Part shown: piece after piece, positions 20,492 to 31,374 of the stretch | Position numbering within the stretch: position 1 is the first letter of the stretch | Layout of the letters: each line of letters starts with the position of its first letter | NCBI GenBank assembly: GCA_046331525.1 | Contig: JAXLQQ010000022.1 | Location: 9,386-73,385, forward strand | Source of the DNA: Blastocatellia bacterium | GTDB taxonomy: Bacteria; Acidobacteriota; Blastocatellia; RBC074 | Reading direction: 5' to 3' | Length of the DNA stretch: 64,000 nucleotides | The notes under the pieces: model-generated | Database searches by the model: none | What the model saw: only the letters and a program-made list of their open reading frames with translations | What the model was told of the DNA's origin: nothing | Position numbers and translations under genes: made by a program

Positions 20492-20554
20492 TTGTCCGTT
20501 GTCCGTTGTCCGTTGTTCTTTGTTGCAACGGACAACTGACAACGGACAACTGAC
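20492..20554. repeat. Tandem-heptamer hairpin (TGTCCGT x3, loop, CAACGGA/CAACTGA x4) between fadA and fadE
   Basis: A hand fold gives a 21-bp stem with one mismatch. The unit is related to the element at 3513 (GTCAGTTG / GTCCGTTG). Confidence 0.65.
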
Positions 20555-20569
20555 GAAAGGAACGTTGTT

Positions 20570-22354
20570 ATGTCAGCTACAGCACAAGGAAAAACAGTCG
20601 TCAAAGGCGGCGGCTTTTTACTCGCGGAAACCACGCCGTCGCAGGTGTACTCGCCCGAAGATTTCACCGAAGAACATCGGATGATTCGGGACACGACAAA
20701 CGAGTTCATGGACAAGGAAGTGATTCCGCAACACGAAGCGCTCGAATCCAAAGATTATGAAGTACAGCGCAGCCTGATTCGCAAAGGCGCGGAGCTAGGA
20801 TTAATCAACGCGGCAATTCCCGAAAAATACGAAGGATTGGAACTTGATCACATTTCAAACATGCTGGTGGCCGAACATCTTTCCGGCCAGGCTTCGTTTG
20901 CCACAGGCTTCGGCGCAACCAGCAGCATCGGGCTTTTACCCATCGTCTTCTTTGGCAATGAAGAGCAAAAGGCGCATTACCTCCCAAAGATTGGTTCGGC
21001 GGAATGGATCAGTTCGTATTGCCTGAGCGAATCTACTTCCGGTTCCGACGCTCTCAGCGCCAAGACGGTCGCACGACTCAGCGAGGACGGCGAGCATTGG
21101 ATTCTGAACGGCGAAAAAATGTGGATCACGAACGGCGGGTTTGCTGACCTGTTTATCGTATTTGCCAAAGTGGACGGCGACAAGTTTTCCGCCTTCATCG
21201 TCGAAAAAGACGATCCCGGCGTAACGCCCGGCAAAGAGGAACACAAGCTCGGTCAACGCGGCTCTTCGACAACGCCCGTGTTGTTGCAAGACGCGAAAAT
21301 TCCGAAAGATCGTTTGCTCGGCGAAATCGGCAAAGGCCACGTGATCGCCTTCAACGTGCTGAATTTTGGGCGTATCAAGATGGGCGCTGGCTCGATTGGT
21401 GGCGCAAAACGTGTGCTTGGCCTGTCCGCCAACTACGCGAAAGAACGGCATCAATTCGGACGCGCGATTGCAACCTTCGGCGCAATAAAATACAAGCTGG
21501 CGGAAATGCTCGCCAGGATTTACGCCGTCGAATCCGCCGTTTATCGCACTGCCGGCATGATCGAAGACCGCGAGCACGGCATTGATAAAAGTCAGCCCGC
21601 CGAAATCCTGAAAGCCGTCGAAGAGTATGCTATCGAATGTGCAATGATTAAGGTCGCAGGCACGGAAGCATTGTTTTACTGCGCCGACGAAGGCGTGCAA
21701 ATTTACGGCGGCAACGGTTTCACCGAAGACTATCCGGTCGAAGGCGTGTACCGCGATTGCCGCGTCAACCGCATCTTTGAAGGCACGAACGAAATTAACC
21801 GTCTGCTGATTCCCGGCCAACTGCTGAAGCGCGCGATGAAAGGCGAATTGCCGCTGCTCGCCGCCGCCAAACAATTGCAGGAAGAATTGCTCGCTGGCCC
21901 ATCATTCGAGGACGTGGACGACGCGCCGATGGCCGAAGAGCGCAAGATCGCCGCCAACGCCAAGAAGGTCGCGTTGATGGTGCTCGGTTCCGCCGCGCAG
22001 AAATTCATGGCTGCCTTATCCGAGCAGCAAATGATTCTCTGCTGGGCCGCCGACATCATCACCGAAACCTTTCTGATAGACAGCGCCATCGCTCGCACCG
22101 CCAAGCTGATCGAACGCGACGGCGCAGAGAAACATCAGGCGGCGATTGATGCGACGAAGCTGTACACGAACGACGCACTCGGACGCATCGAAACCGCCGC
22201 GAAAAATGCGCTGGCCGCAATTGCGGAAGGTGATGATTTGCGGATGCTGCTGGCCGCGCTACGCCGCTTTACAAAGTACACGCCCGTGAATACGTCGGCG
22301 ATTCGGGAAAGCCTGGCAGATAAGGTTGTCGCGGCGGGTGGGTATTTATTCTAA
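20570..22354 (+). CDS. fadE: Acyl-CoA dehydrogenase (long FadE type)
   Basis: The ORF is 594 aa and carries YCLSESTSGSDA, WITNGGFADLF and QIYGGNGFTEDYPVEGVYRDCRVNRIFEGTNEI. Confidence 0.9.
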   Translation: MSATAQGKTVVKGGGFLLAETTPSQVYSPEDFTEEHRMIRDTTNEFMDKEVIPQHEALESKDYEVQRSLIRKGAELGLINAAIPEKYEGLELDHISNMLVAEHLSGQASFATGFGATSSIGLLPIVFFGNEEQKAHYLPKIGSAEWISSYCLSESTSGSDALSAKTVARLSEDGEHWILNGEKMWITNGGFADLFIVFAKVDGDKFSAFIVEKDDPGVTPGKEEHKLGQRGSSTTPVLLQDAKIPKDRLLGEIGKGHVIAFNVLNFGRIKMGAGSIGGAKRVLGLSANYAKERHQFGRAIATFGAIKYKLAEMLARIYAVESAVYRTAGMIEDREHGIDKSQPAEILKAVEEYAIECAMIKVAGTEALFYCADEGVQIYGGNGFTEDYPVEGVYRDCRVNRIFEGTNEINRLLIPGQLLKRAMKGELPLLAAAKQLQEELLAGPSFEDVDDAPMAEERKIAANAKKVALMVLGSAAQKFMAALSEQQMILCWAADIITETFLIDSAIARTAKLIERDGAEKHQAAIDATKLYTNDALGRIETAAKNALAAIAEGDDLRMLLAALRRFTKYTPVNTSAIRESLADKVVAAGGYLF

Positions 22355-22390
22355 CGATGAGGCGCAAACAAGATGTTTGCGGTACATTGG

Positions 22391-22418
22391 AAGGCGAGAA
22401 TTTCTTCTCGCCTTTTTC
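22391..22418 (+). terminator. Rho-independent terminator after fadE
   Basis: AAGGCGAGAA-TTTC-TTCTCGCCTT forms a 10-bp stem followed by a T-run. Confidence 0.6.
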
Positions 22419-22438
22419 ATATTCACATCATCGCACCT

Positions 22439-24778
<2,340 letters not shown>

Positions 24779-24876
24779 GCAATAACGACCAAAAACGTAT
24801 TGCGCATTGTGGTGCTTTCTGTGCGACAAAGCAACGCCTCTGGCCATTCAGAAACAGCCGCGTTATCTTTGCCGCT

Positions 24877-25822
24877 ATGCAGATTGAAAAACTCGTGATC
24901 CCCACGCCATTCCCGGTTGGCCCCATCAACATTTACCTGCTGGTTGACGACCCGCTCACGCTCGTAGACACCGGGCCGAAAACCGATGCGGCCAAGGAAG
25001 CCTTGACCACGCAACTACACAACCTCGGCTTTCGCATTACCGACATCCAGCGCATCATCCTCACGCACACGCACGAAGATCATTGCGGGTTGGCGAGTTG
25101 GTTGCAGCAGCAATGCGGCGCGCCCGTGTACGTGCACGAATGGGAGCAGGAAAACCTGACCGATCACGGCAGAGTGCGCGCAGATCGTGGGCTGCTGAAA
25201 AGCAGCTCGGCGTGCCGGATGAGCAGTTGGAACAAATGGTCGGGCATTACGCGCGCGTCAAAGCTTTGCCGATGCGGTGGAAAAGGTGGTGGCCTATCGC
25301 GACGAACATGAGTTTGTTTTTGCCAGCGGCACCTGGCGCGTCGTGCATACGCCGGGGCACACGCCGGGCAGTTGTTGTTTGCTGCGCGAGGCAACGCGCA
25401 CGCTGCTTGCGGGCGATACGATCCTCAAACACATCACGCCGAATCCGGTGATGAATCCTGACCCGCGTCAACCAGCGCGCCGCTTCCCTGCCCTAAAAAA
25501 TTATCTGGCTTCGCTCTCGCGTGTACGCGGCTTAGCGCCGACGCTGATTCACACGGCGCATGGCGAGGTTGTGACAGATTATGAAGAGTATCTGGCGCGC
25601 CTGCTGCGGCACACCTACGAACGGCAAAGCAAAGTGTTGAATTTAGTTCCAGCAACCGGCATCACGGCGCACGAACTCGCGAATTTGTTGTTTCCGAAGG
25701 TCAAAGACATCACACGTTTTTTGGCGGTGTCGGAAGCGGCAGCGCATTTGGATTTAGCAGCAGCAGAAGCAAAGCTAACGGCGGAGAAGCGTGATGACGT
25801 AGATGTATTTCTCAAAAATTGA
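24877..25822 (+). pseudogene. MBL-fold metallo-hydrolase with two frame breaks near 25190-25270
   Basis: THTHEDHCG (the HxHxDH motif) is in the first frame and VVHTPGHTPGS in the last. The middle segment QLGVPDEQLEQMVGHYARVKAL is in the third frame. Confidence 0.75.
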
Positions 25823-25880
25823 GAATCACAGAAAGCGCCAGCGGCGCAAAGCATTCTTGTGCTTTTTGCGCTTTTTGCGG

Positions 25881-27452
25881 TTAGTCCCTCAGCCGCTCTC
25901 GCGTATGCACTTTCACACCCACACGCCAGTTTGTATTCAGGCCAATGCGATACGCCTCGATGTCTGGCGCAATACAGTTTGCCACCGAGCGGAAACTGCG
26001 ATGAAAGCGGAGGCGTGGTGCGACCAAATATAACAGCGGCGGTTCGTCCGCTAGCGTAATTCCGGCAAATAAACCGCGCCGCGCGAAATCGCCCCGGATG
26101 CGAGCTTGCTCGACGCGCAGCCAATAATCCAAGCTTTGCAGCGGGAGCTGTGCATCTTCGGCGGCTTTGAGTTCGATGACGACCAACCGACCTTGATGAT
26201 TCACCGTTAATAAATCCAACACCGAACGCTCATCGCCCTGCCACGCCGGAACCTGGGCGTAAACAAAGCGTGCATTCAGCGTCGCATCCAGCGCGCGAAT
26301 GTCGCGTTGCAGCAGCGATTCCAACCACGCTTCGGTGCGTAGGCGATAGAAGGGGTGGCGCAGGTCAGGCGACGCTGGGGAGCGATAGGTGAGGATTTCC
26401 TGCACGAGGTTTTGCAGTTGCGCGAAGTTGCGGTCGGTCAATAGACGCCGTGCGGCATCAGCATTGAAATCGAGCTTAGCGGCGATGTCGTCCGGGTAAT
26501 GCGACACGCCAAACAAGACGCGCGTGCGCGTTTCGCCTTTGGTGCGGGCAAATTCGAGGCCGTGCAGACAATAACTTTCAAACCGTTGCTCAGCATCTTC
26601 GCGCACTTCGATCCAGGCGGGAGCCAATTGCACAATACGGGTGCGCCAGGGGCTGGCGGCAACGGGTTTGTTTGCGGGCCAGTGCATGCCGCGCGGATGC
26701 AGGCTCAGCAATTCGGTTTGCGAAAAGGGGCGCTGTGCAGTGAGTGAACGTGCTTTTTCATCCACGGCCAGGCATTCGACAGAGAGCGGCGAGCAATCCA
26801 GCAAGGTCAGGCGTTCGAGGACAGTTTGGCTGCGGTCGGCGGGAATGCAAAGCCAGAGTTTTTGCGCAGGCGTTTTCGAGGCAGCACACCACACCAAGCC
26901 TGCGGTAATGATGCCGTCAAGATCGCTTTGCGCCTCGGCTTCGTTGATGCCGATGGCGCAGATGGTTTCCTTGTTTCGCCGGAGTAAAAGCCGCACGTAT
27001 TGGCTCGGTTGGGCAAGTGAGAATTTGCTGCGCACGTTGCTGCGTTGCACTTGCACATCGCTGAAATGCTCGTGGAGCAGTTGCGACAGCAAAGTGGCGA
27101 AGGCGGCGCGGCGTTCGGCAACCGTCACGTCTTCCGGTTTGTCGGCTCGCCAGCGCAAGGCATCGCGCAAAGTGAACGTAACGGTGTCACGCCCCATTCC
27201 GCGCGTTGCTTTGAGGTGCAATTCGGCTTCCGCAATTTCATAGTCCGTCACGCGCCAGCTTTGCGAGCTTTCGTCCGTCCACCACGCGAAAATCAACTTG
27301 CCCCATTCGACGCTGAATTCTGAAGTCGGGCGCGCGAGGGTCGTAAGTAACGCTTCGCCCTCCCATAGTTGCCAGTCGTGGGCGGCAAGTAAAGCCTGCT
27401 CAATTTCGTATTTAGCCTGAGCGGCAGTCGTGCTATCAGAGATTTGATTCAT
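25881..27452 (-). CDS. Large hypothetical protein with a C-terminal PD-(D/E)xK (NucS/DUF91-like) nuclease-fold motif
   Basis: The clean ORF is 524 aa from MNQISD at 27452. The C-terminal ERSVLDLLTVNHQGRLVVIELKAAEDAQLPLQSLDYW has the D...ExK...Q..Y pattern of NucS-type nucleases. Confidence 0.7.
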   Translation of the reverse strand: MNQISDSTTAAQAKYEIEQALLAAHDWQLWEGEALLTTLARPTSEFSVEWGKLIFAWWTDESSQSWRVTDYEIAEAELHLKATRGMGRDTVTFTLRDALRWRADKPEDVTVAERRAAFATLLSQLLHEHFSDVQVQRSNVRSKFSLAQPSQYVRLLLRRNKETICAIGINEAEAQSDLDGIITAGLVWCAASKTPAQKLWLCIPADRSQTVLERLTLLDCSPLSVECLAVDEKARSLTAQRPFSQTELLSLHPRGMHWPANKPVAASPWRTRIVQLAPAWIEVREDAEQRFESYCLHGLEFARTKGETRTRVLFGVSHYPDDIAAKLDFNADAARRLLTDRNFAQLQNLVQEILTYRSPASPDLRHPFYRLRTEAWLESLLQRDIRALDATLNARFVYAQVPAWQGDERSVLDLLTVNHQGRLVVIELKAAEDAQLPLQSLDYWLRVEQARIRGDFARRGLFAGITLADEPPLLYLVAPRLRFHRSFRSVANCIAPDIEAYRIGLNTNWRVGVKVHTRERLRD

Positions 27453-27480
27453 TGCGGATAAATTTGCTATCTTCTCGCGT

Positions 27481-27780
27481 ATGGTTTGCCATAGCTGTGG
27501 ACGCGAAATCAAGCTCATCGGTGCTTTGCGGCGCAAGGATGAATGTCCGCATTGCAAAGCCGATGCCTATTGCTGCAAAAATTGCCGCTTTTTCGATCCC
27601 GGCAGAAGTAATCAATGCGCGGAATCGCAGGCGGATTACGTGCAGGATAAAAGCCGCGCGAATTTTTGCGATTACTTCCAACCGAACAATCGAGTACCGC
27701 TCAATACGCGCAGCAGCAGTTCGAGCGCTGCGCAGGATGATGTCAAAAAAGCGTTCGATGCGCTGTTCAAGAAAAAGTGA
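27481..27780 (+). CDS. Cysteine-rich zinc-ribbon-like small protein
   Basis: It is 99 aa with CHSC...CPHC...CCKNC and C..FC. It is divergent from 25881..27452 and 35 nt upstream of the M50 protease gene. Confidence 0.6.
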   Translation: MVCHSCGREIKLIGALRRKDECPHCKADAYCCKNCRFFDPGRSNQCAESQADYVQDKSRANFCDYFQPNNRVPLNTRSSSSSAAQDDVKKAFDALFKKK

Positions 27781-27815
27781 TGTGACAGCGGTCATATCGC
27801 TGGATTCCATCACTT

Positions 27816-28736
27816 ATGCACCAGCCGTATTTATCTCCTTTCAATCCGCACGACTTTGAACGCCCGACGCCGATTTATCTGGCACCAGAAACCTACGAAG
27901 AACCGCCACGCGACATCACAGTGGGAAAAGTGCTGTGGCATTTGTTTTTATTGGCGATGACAGCGCTGACAACGACGATTTTAGGCGCGTTGTTTTTGGG
28001 TTCGCTGACGTACGGCATCTTCTTTTCCTTCACGCTGCTCTCGATTCTGGGCGCGCATGAAATGGGACATTACCTGGCTTGTCGTCTATATCAGGTGCGC
28101 GCGACGTTGCCTTATTTCATTCCGGCACCGCTCGGTGTTGGCACGTTTGGCGCGTTCATCAAAATCAAGTCGCCCACTCCAAACAAGCGCGCGTTGTTTG
28201 ATATTGGCATCGCTGGGCCGTTGGCTGGATTTGTTTTCCTGATTCCAGCAGCGATGGCGGGGCTGTATTTTGCGACACCCGCAACCGGAGGAGGTGGCGG
28301 CGAAGGAATGGTCTTTCACGATCCGCTGCTGTTTCGGGCGCTGGCAACCCTCTTGCGCGTGCCCCGCGATATTCAGATCAACCCGTACTGGTTTGCGGCG
28401 TGGGTCGGCTGTTTAGTAACGAGCCTGAATTTATTGCCGGTCGGACAACTTGATGGTGGGCATGTCGTGTATGCCGTGTTAGGCGCGCGTTGGCATTGGC
28501 TGATTGCGCGGCTCATTTATGTCGGCGTGATTGCGCTGACCGTGGCTTCGTATTTTTACAACGGCTGGATGGGCTGGATTCTGTATGTCGTGATTCTGAC
28601 GATTATGCTGCGCGTTGGTCATCCGCGCGTCGTGGATGAAGATGAGCCGCTGGGAGTGGGCCGACGTGTGGTGGCGGCAATTGGATTGGTGGTGTTTTTG
28701 CTGTGCTTTATGCCAGCACCAGTGACGTTTGGGTAA
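27816..28736 (+). CDS. Site-2 protease family (peptidase M50) membrane metalloprotease
   Basis: It has the HExxH motif in HEMGHYLACRLY, a second motif NLLPVGQLDGGHV, and multiple transmembrane helices. Confidence 0.85.
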   Translation: MHQPYLSPFNPHDFERPTPIYLAPETYEEPPRDITVGKVLWHLFLLAMTALTTTILGALFLGSLTYGIFFSFTLLSILGAHEMGHYLACRLYQVRATLPYFIPAPLGVGTFGAFIKIKSPTPNKRALFDIGIAGPLAGFVFLIPAAMAGLYFATPATGGGGGEGMVFHDPLLFRALATLLRVPRDIQINPYWFAAWVGCLVTSLNLLPVGQLDGGHVVYAVLGARWHWLIARLIYVGVIALTVASYFYNGWMGWILYVVILTIMLRVGHPRVVDEDEPLGVGRRVVAAIGLVVFLLCFMPAPVTFG

Positions 28737-28769
28737 TGGGAATTGATGGGAGTGAGGCTAATGGGAGGT

Positions 28770-28816
28770 ATAAGAGTATTCTTTCTCAGCTCTTATACCT
28801 CCCATTCCTCCTCCCT
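28770..28816. terminator. Perfect 17-bp hairpin between the convergent M50 and glcD genes, a likely bidirectional terminator
   Basis: AATGGGAGGTATAAGAG pairs with CTCTTATACCTCCCATT across a 13-nt loop. GGGAG/CTCCC-type low-complexity flanks extend the pairing. Confidence 0.6.
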
Positions 28817-28837
28817 CAGCAACACGGAAATCACTCG

Positions 28838-30217
28838 TCAAAAGTTCATTTCCTCTGCCGCGAAAGCCGCATCCAGCACTTTGCCAGGATTCAAAATGCC
28901 ATTGGGATCGAGCGCCTGTTTGAGTGTGCGCATCAGCGCAATCGTCGGTTCATTCAACGCCACATCTAAAAACGGCGCTTTGGCGTAGCCGATGCCGTGC
29001 TCGCCGGAAAGTGTTCCGCCTAATTCCACGGCTTTCTCAAAAATTTCTCGCACCGCTTTTGCCGCAATATGTTTCGTTTCCGGCTCATTGTTGGGCAGCA
29101 TCACATTTGTATGCAGATTGCCATCACCCGCGTGCCCGAAGGTCGGAATCGGATAACCGTAGCGGCGGCTAACGTCTTCAATAAAGGCGAGCATCGCGGG
29201 AATGCGCGAGCGCGGCACGACAATGTCGTGATTGATTTTTACGGCTCCGGTACGCTTAACCGCTGGCGACATTTTGCGGCGCACTTCCCAGATGTTGTCA
29301 GCTTCGGCTTCGTTGGCGGCCTCACGGTATTCGATGGCGTGATGCTGTTGGCATAAGGCGCGCACGATTTCCGCTTCGCGCACGACGGCTTCTTTCAGCC
29401 CGTCTACCTCGATAATCAACAGTGCGCCCGCCGCGCGCGGCAGGCCGGAAGGCTCGTAGTTTTCGATGGCATTGATCGAAGCGCGATCCAGCATTTCCAG
29501 CGCAACGGGTAGGAAACCAGCCTCGGTAAATCCGGCCACGCAGTTACAGGCGTCTTCGGCAGAAGCAAAAATTGCCAGGGCAGTTTTGCGCGTTTCGGGC
29601 AAGGGCAACAGGCGCAGCGTCGCGCGCGTGATGATGCCGAGCATGCCTTCGCTGCAAATCATCAGGCTTTCCAAATTGAAACCGGTCGCGTTTTTCGGCG
29701 TGCGCCCGCCAGCTTTGATAAGTTCGCCTGTTGGCGTCACAAAATCCAGGCCTAAGACAAACTGCTTGGTGTTGCCATACTTCACACAATGCGGTCCGCC
29801 CGCGTTCAGCGCGATGTTGCCGCCGATGAAAGATTCCTTCCAACTCGACGGATCAGGCGGATAAAACAAGCCTTGGGCCTCCACGGCTTTTTGCAATTCG
29901 TAGTTGGTAACGGCGGGTTCGACAACGGCGAGTAAATCATCTTTGCGAATTTCCAGAATCTGATTCATGCGCTTCGTCGCCAGCACCAAGCCGCCTCGCA
30001 ACGGTACAGCGCTGCCGACATAGCCAACACCGCCACCGCGCACCGTGACATAAAATTTATGCTCATTCGCCAGCCGCATAATCGCCGCGATTTCTTCGGC
30101 AGTGCGCGGGAAAACGACAGCTTCGGCAGGAAAGACCTGTTTCAGCGCGTCCTGCGAATTTTCGGTGATGATGTCGGACGCGGTGGAAAGGAATTCAGAA
30201 CCAACAATCGTAGCCAA
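28838..30217 (-). CDS. glcD: FAD-linked oxidase, glycolate oxidase subunit GlcD-like
   Basis: It is 459 aa with the GlcD/D-lactate dehydrogenase family motifs VTVRGGGVGYVGSAVP, FGHAGDGNLH and GTLSGEHGIG. Confidence 0.85.
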   Translation of the reverse strand: MATIVGSEFLSTASDIITENSQDALKQVFPAEAVVFPRTAEEIAAIMRLANEHKFYVTVRGGGVGYVGSAVPLRGGLVLATKRMNQILEIRKDDLLAVVEPAVTNYELQKAVEAQGLFYPPDPSSWKESFIGGNIALNAGGPHCVKYGNTKQFVLGLDFVTPTGELIKAGGRTPKNATGFNLESLMICSEGMLGIITRATLRLLPLPETRKTALAIFASAEDACNCVAGFTEAGFLPVALEMLDRASINAIENYEPSGLPRAAGALLIIEVDGLKEAVVREAEIVRALCQQHHAIEYREAANEAEADNIWEVRRKMSPAVKRTGAVKINHDIVVPRSRIPAMLAFIEDVSRRYGYPIPTFGHAGDGNLHTNVMLPNNEPETKHIAAKAVREIFEKAVELGGTLSGEHGIGYAKAPFLDVALNEPTIALMRTLKQALDPNGILNPGKVLDAAFAAEEMNF

Positions 30218-30277
30218 GTGATGAAGAATTTCGCGGTAATCATAGCCTTAGCAAAGCAAATCAAAAGACAAAGGCAA

Positions 30278-30360
30278 CCCTTTGAAGATTGAGATTGGAG
30301 AAGCGTTGGCAACACGCGCCCTCTCAAATTTCTAATCTCCAATCCCTGCTTTTCAAAAGG
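30278..30360. repeat. Imperfect long palindrome built on GATTGGAG-type units
   Basis: CCCTTTGAAGATTGAGATTGGAGA pairs with TCTAATCTCCAATCC...TTTCAAAAGG, including the 9-bp core GATTGGAGA/TCTCCAATC. Confidence 0.45.
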
Positions 30361-30380
30361 CACTGATGCCGCTGACTTGG

Positions 30381-31284
30381 TTAAAGCCGCACGATAGAGG
30401 CCATTGAATTCGCTGATGCTTTTTGCGAGTGCTTGCGGCAGCATCTCCAGAGATCGTTTGAGTGGAGAATCAAATTAACGCCGTGCATAAAGGCGGCCTG
30501 CATATCCATTGTGCGGTACGTGCGGGAAGTAACGACGACAAACACGCGGCGGCGACGCGCTGACGGAGATAAGTTCAGGTAGCGCAGAGGATCGTCGCGC
30601 CGCCCTGTTGTCCGGCGTGAAAATTGGGGTCGAGCAGCAGGATGTCGAGATGATGGCTGGTTTGCAGCATGGAGGTAACCTGTTCTGGCGAAGCGGCGAG
30701 CGTAAGTTCGTAATCCTGCTCGCCTAAGATTTCCTGTACGCGCCGCATCTCTTCCGTATTTGCCAGGCAGGCCACCACGCTCCGCCAGGCTTGCGTTGTT
30801 CGATGCGCGCGGTTTGCTGTGTCATGCCATTCGCCGTCAGTAAGGCCGTCAACGCTTGCAGTAAATCGTGATTCGCACCTTGCCCGGTAAAAAGCGTTTT
30901 GCTGTCCTCCGACACCGTCGGCGAGGGCATGGAATTTGTCCAGCCCATCGCAGCATTCGTTTCCGCTGCGGGCAAATCACTGGACGGACGCGGCGCAGGC
31001 AGTGGCGGTGGCGTTTCCAACACAGATTCCAGCAGTGATGATTCTGGCGGCGGCGGTGGCAGCGGGGCGGACGGTGCCGGGAACGGTTCACTGTGATGAT
31101 GAACCTCTGGCGCAGTCACAGGCGGCGGCATCATTTCTGGCGCGTTCGGTTGCGGGCCATTTGCCGCAGGGGTGACCGTGATGCCCTGCGCGCATTTAGG
31201 GCATTTGATGGTGAAGGGATGATTAGGGAGTTTGGGCGCACTCAACTGCAATCGCGTGGCACATTGTGGACAGGTGACTTGCAT
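30381..31284 (-). pseudogene. MJ0042-type zinc-ribbon protein with a Pro-rich linker and a receiver-like C-terminal domain. The frame is interrupted and the 3' end is uncertain.
   Basis: The N-terminus is MQVTCPQCATRLQL...IKCPKCAQ. The receiver-like pieces VACLANTEEMRRVQEILGEQDYELTL...DILLLD, RRVFVVVTS and HGVNLIL lie in other frames. Confidence 0.6.
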
Positions 31285-31293
31285 AGGGAGGAA

Positions 31294-31367
31294 TTAAGAT
31301 TTGGGATGTATGATTTAGGAAAAGGCGTTGGCGGAAGCCCCACATCCCAAATCTTAATCCCTAAATC
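31294..31367. repeat. Hairpin built from two GATTTRGGA units and their complements
   Basis: TTAAGATTTGGGATGT (31294-31309) pairs perfectly over 16 bp with ACATCCCAAATCTTAA (31342-31357). A second unit GATTTAGG (31312) pairs with CCTAAATC (31360). Confidence 0.55.
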
Positions 31368-31374
31368 CTGCCTT

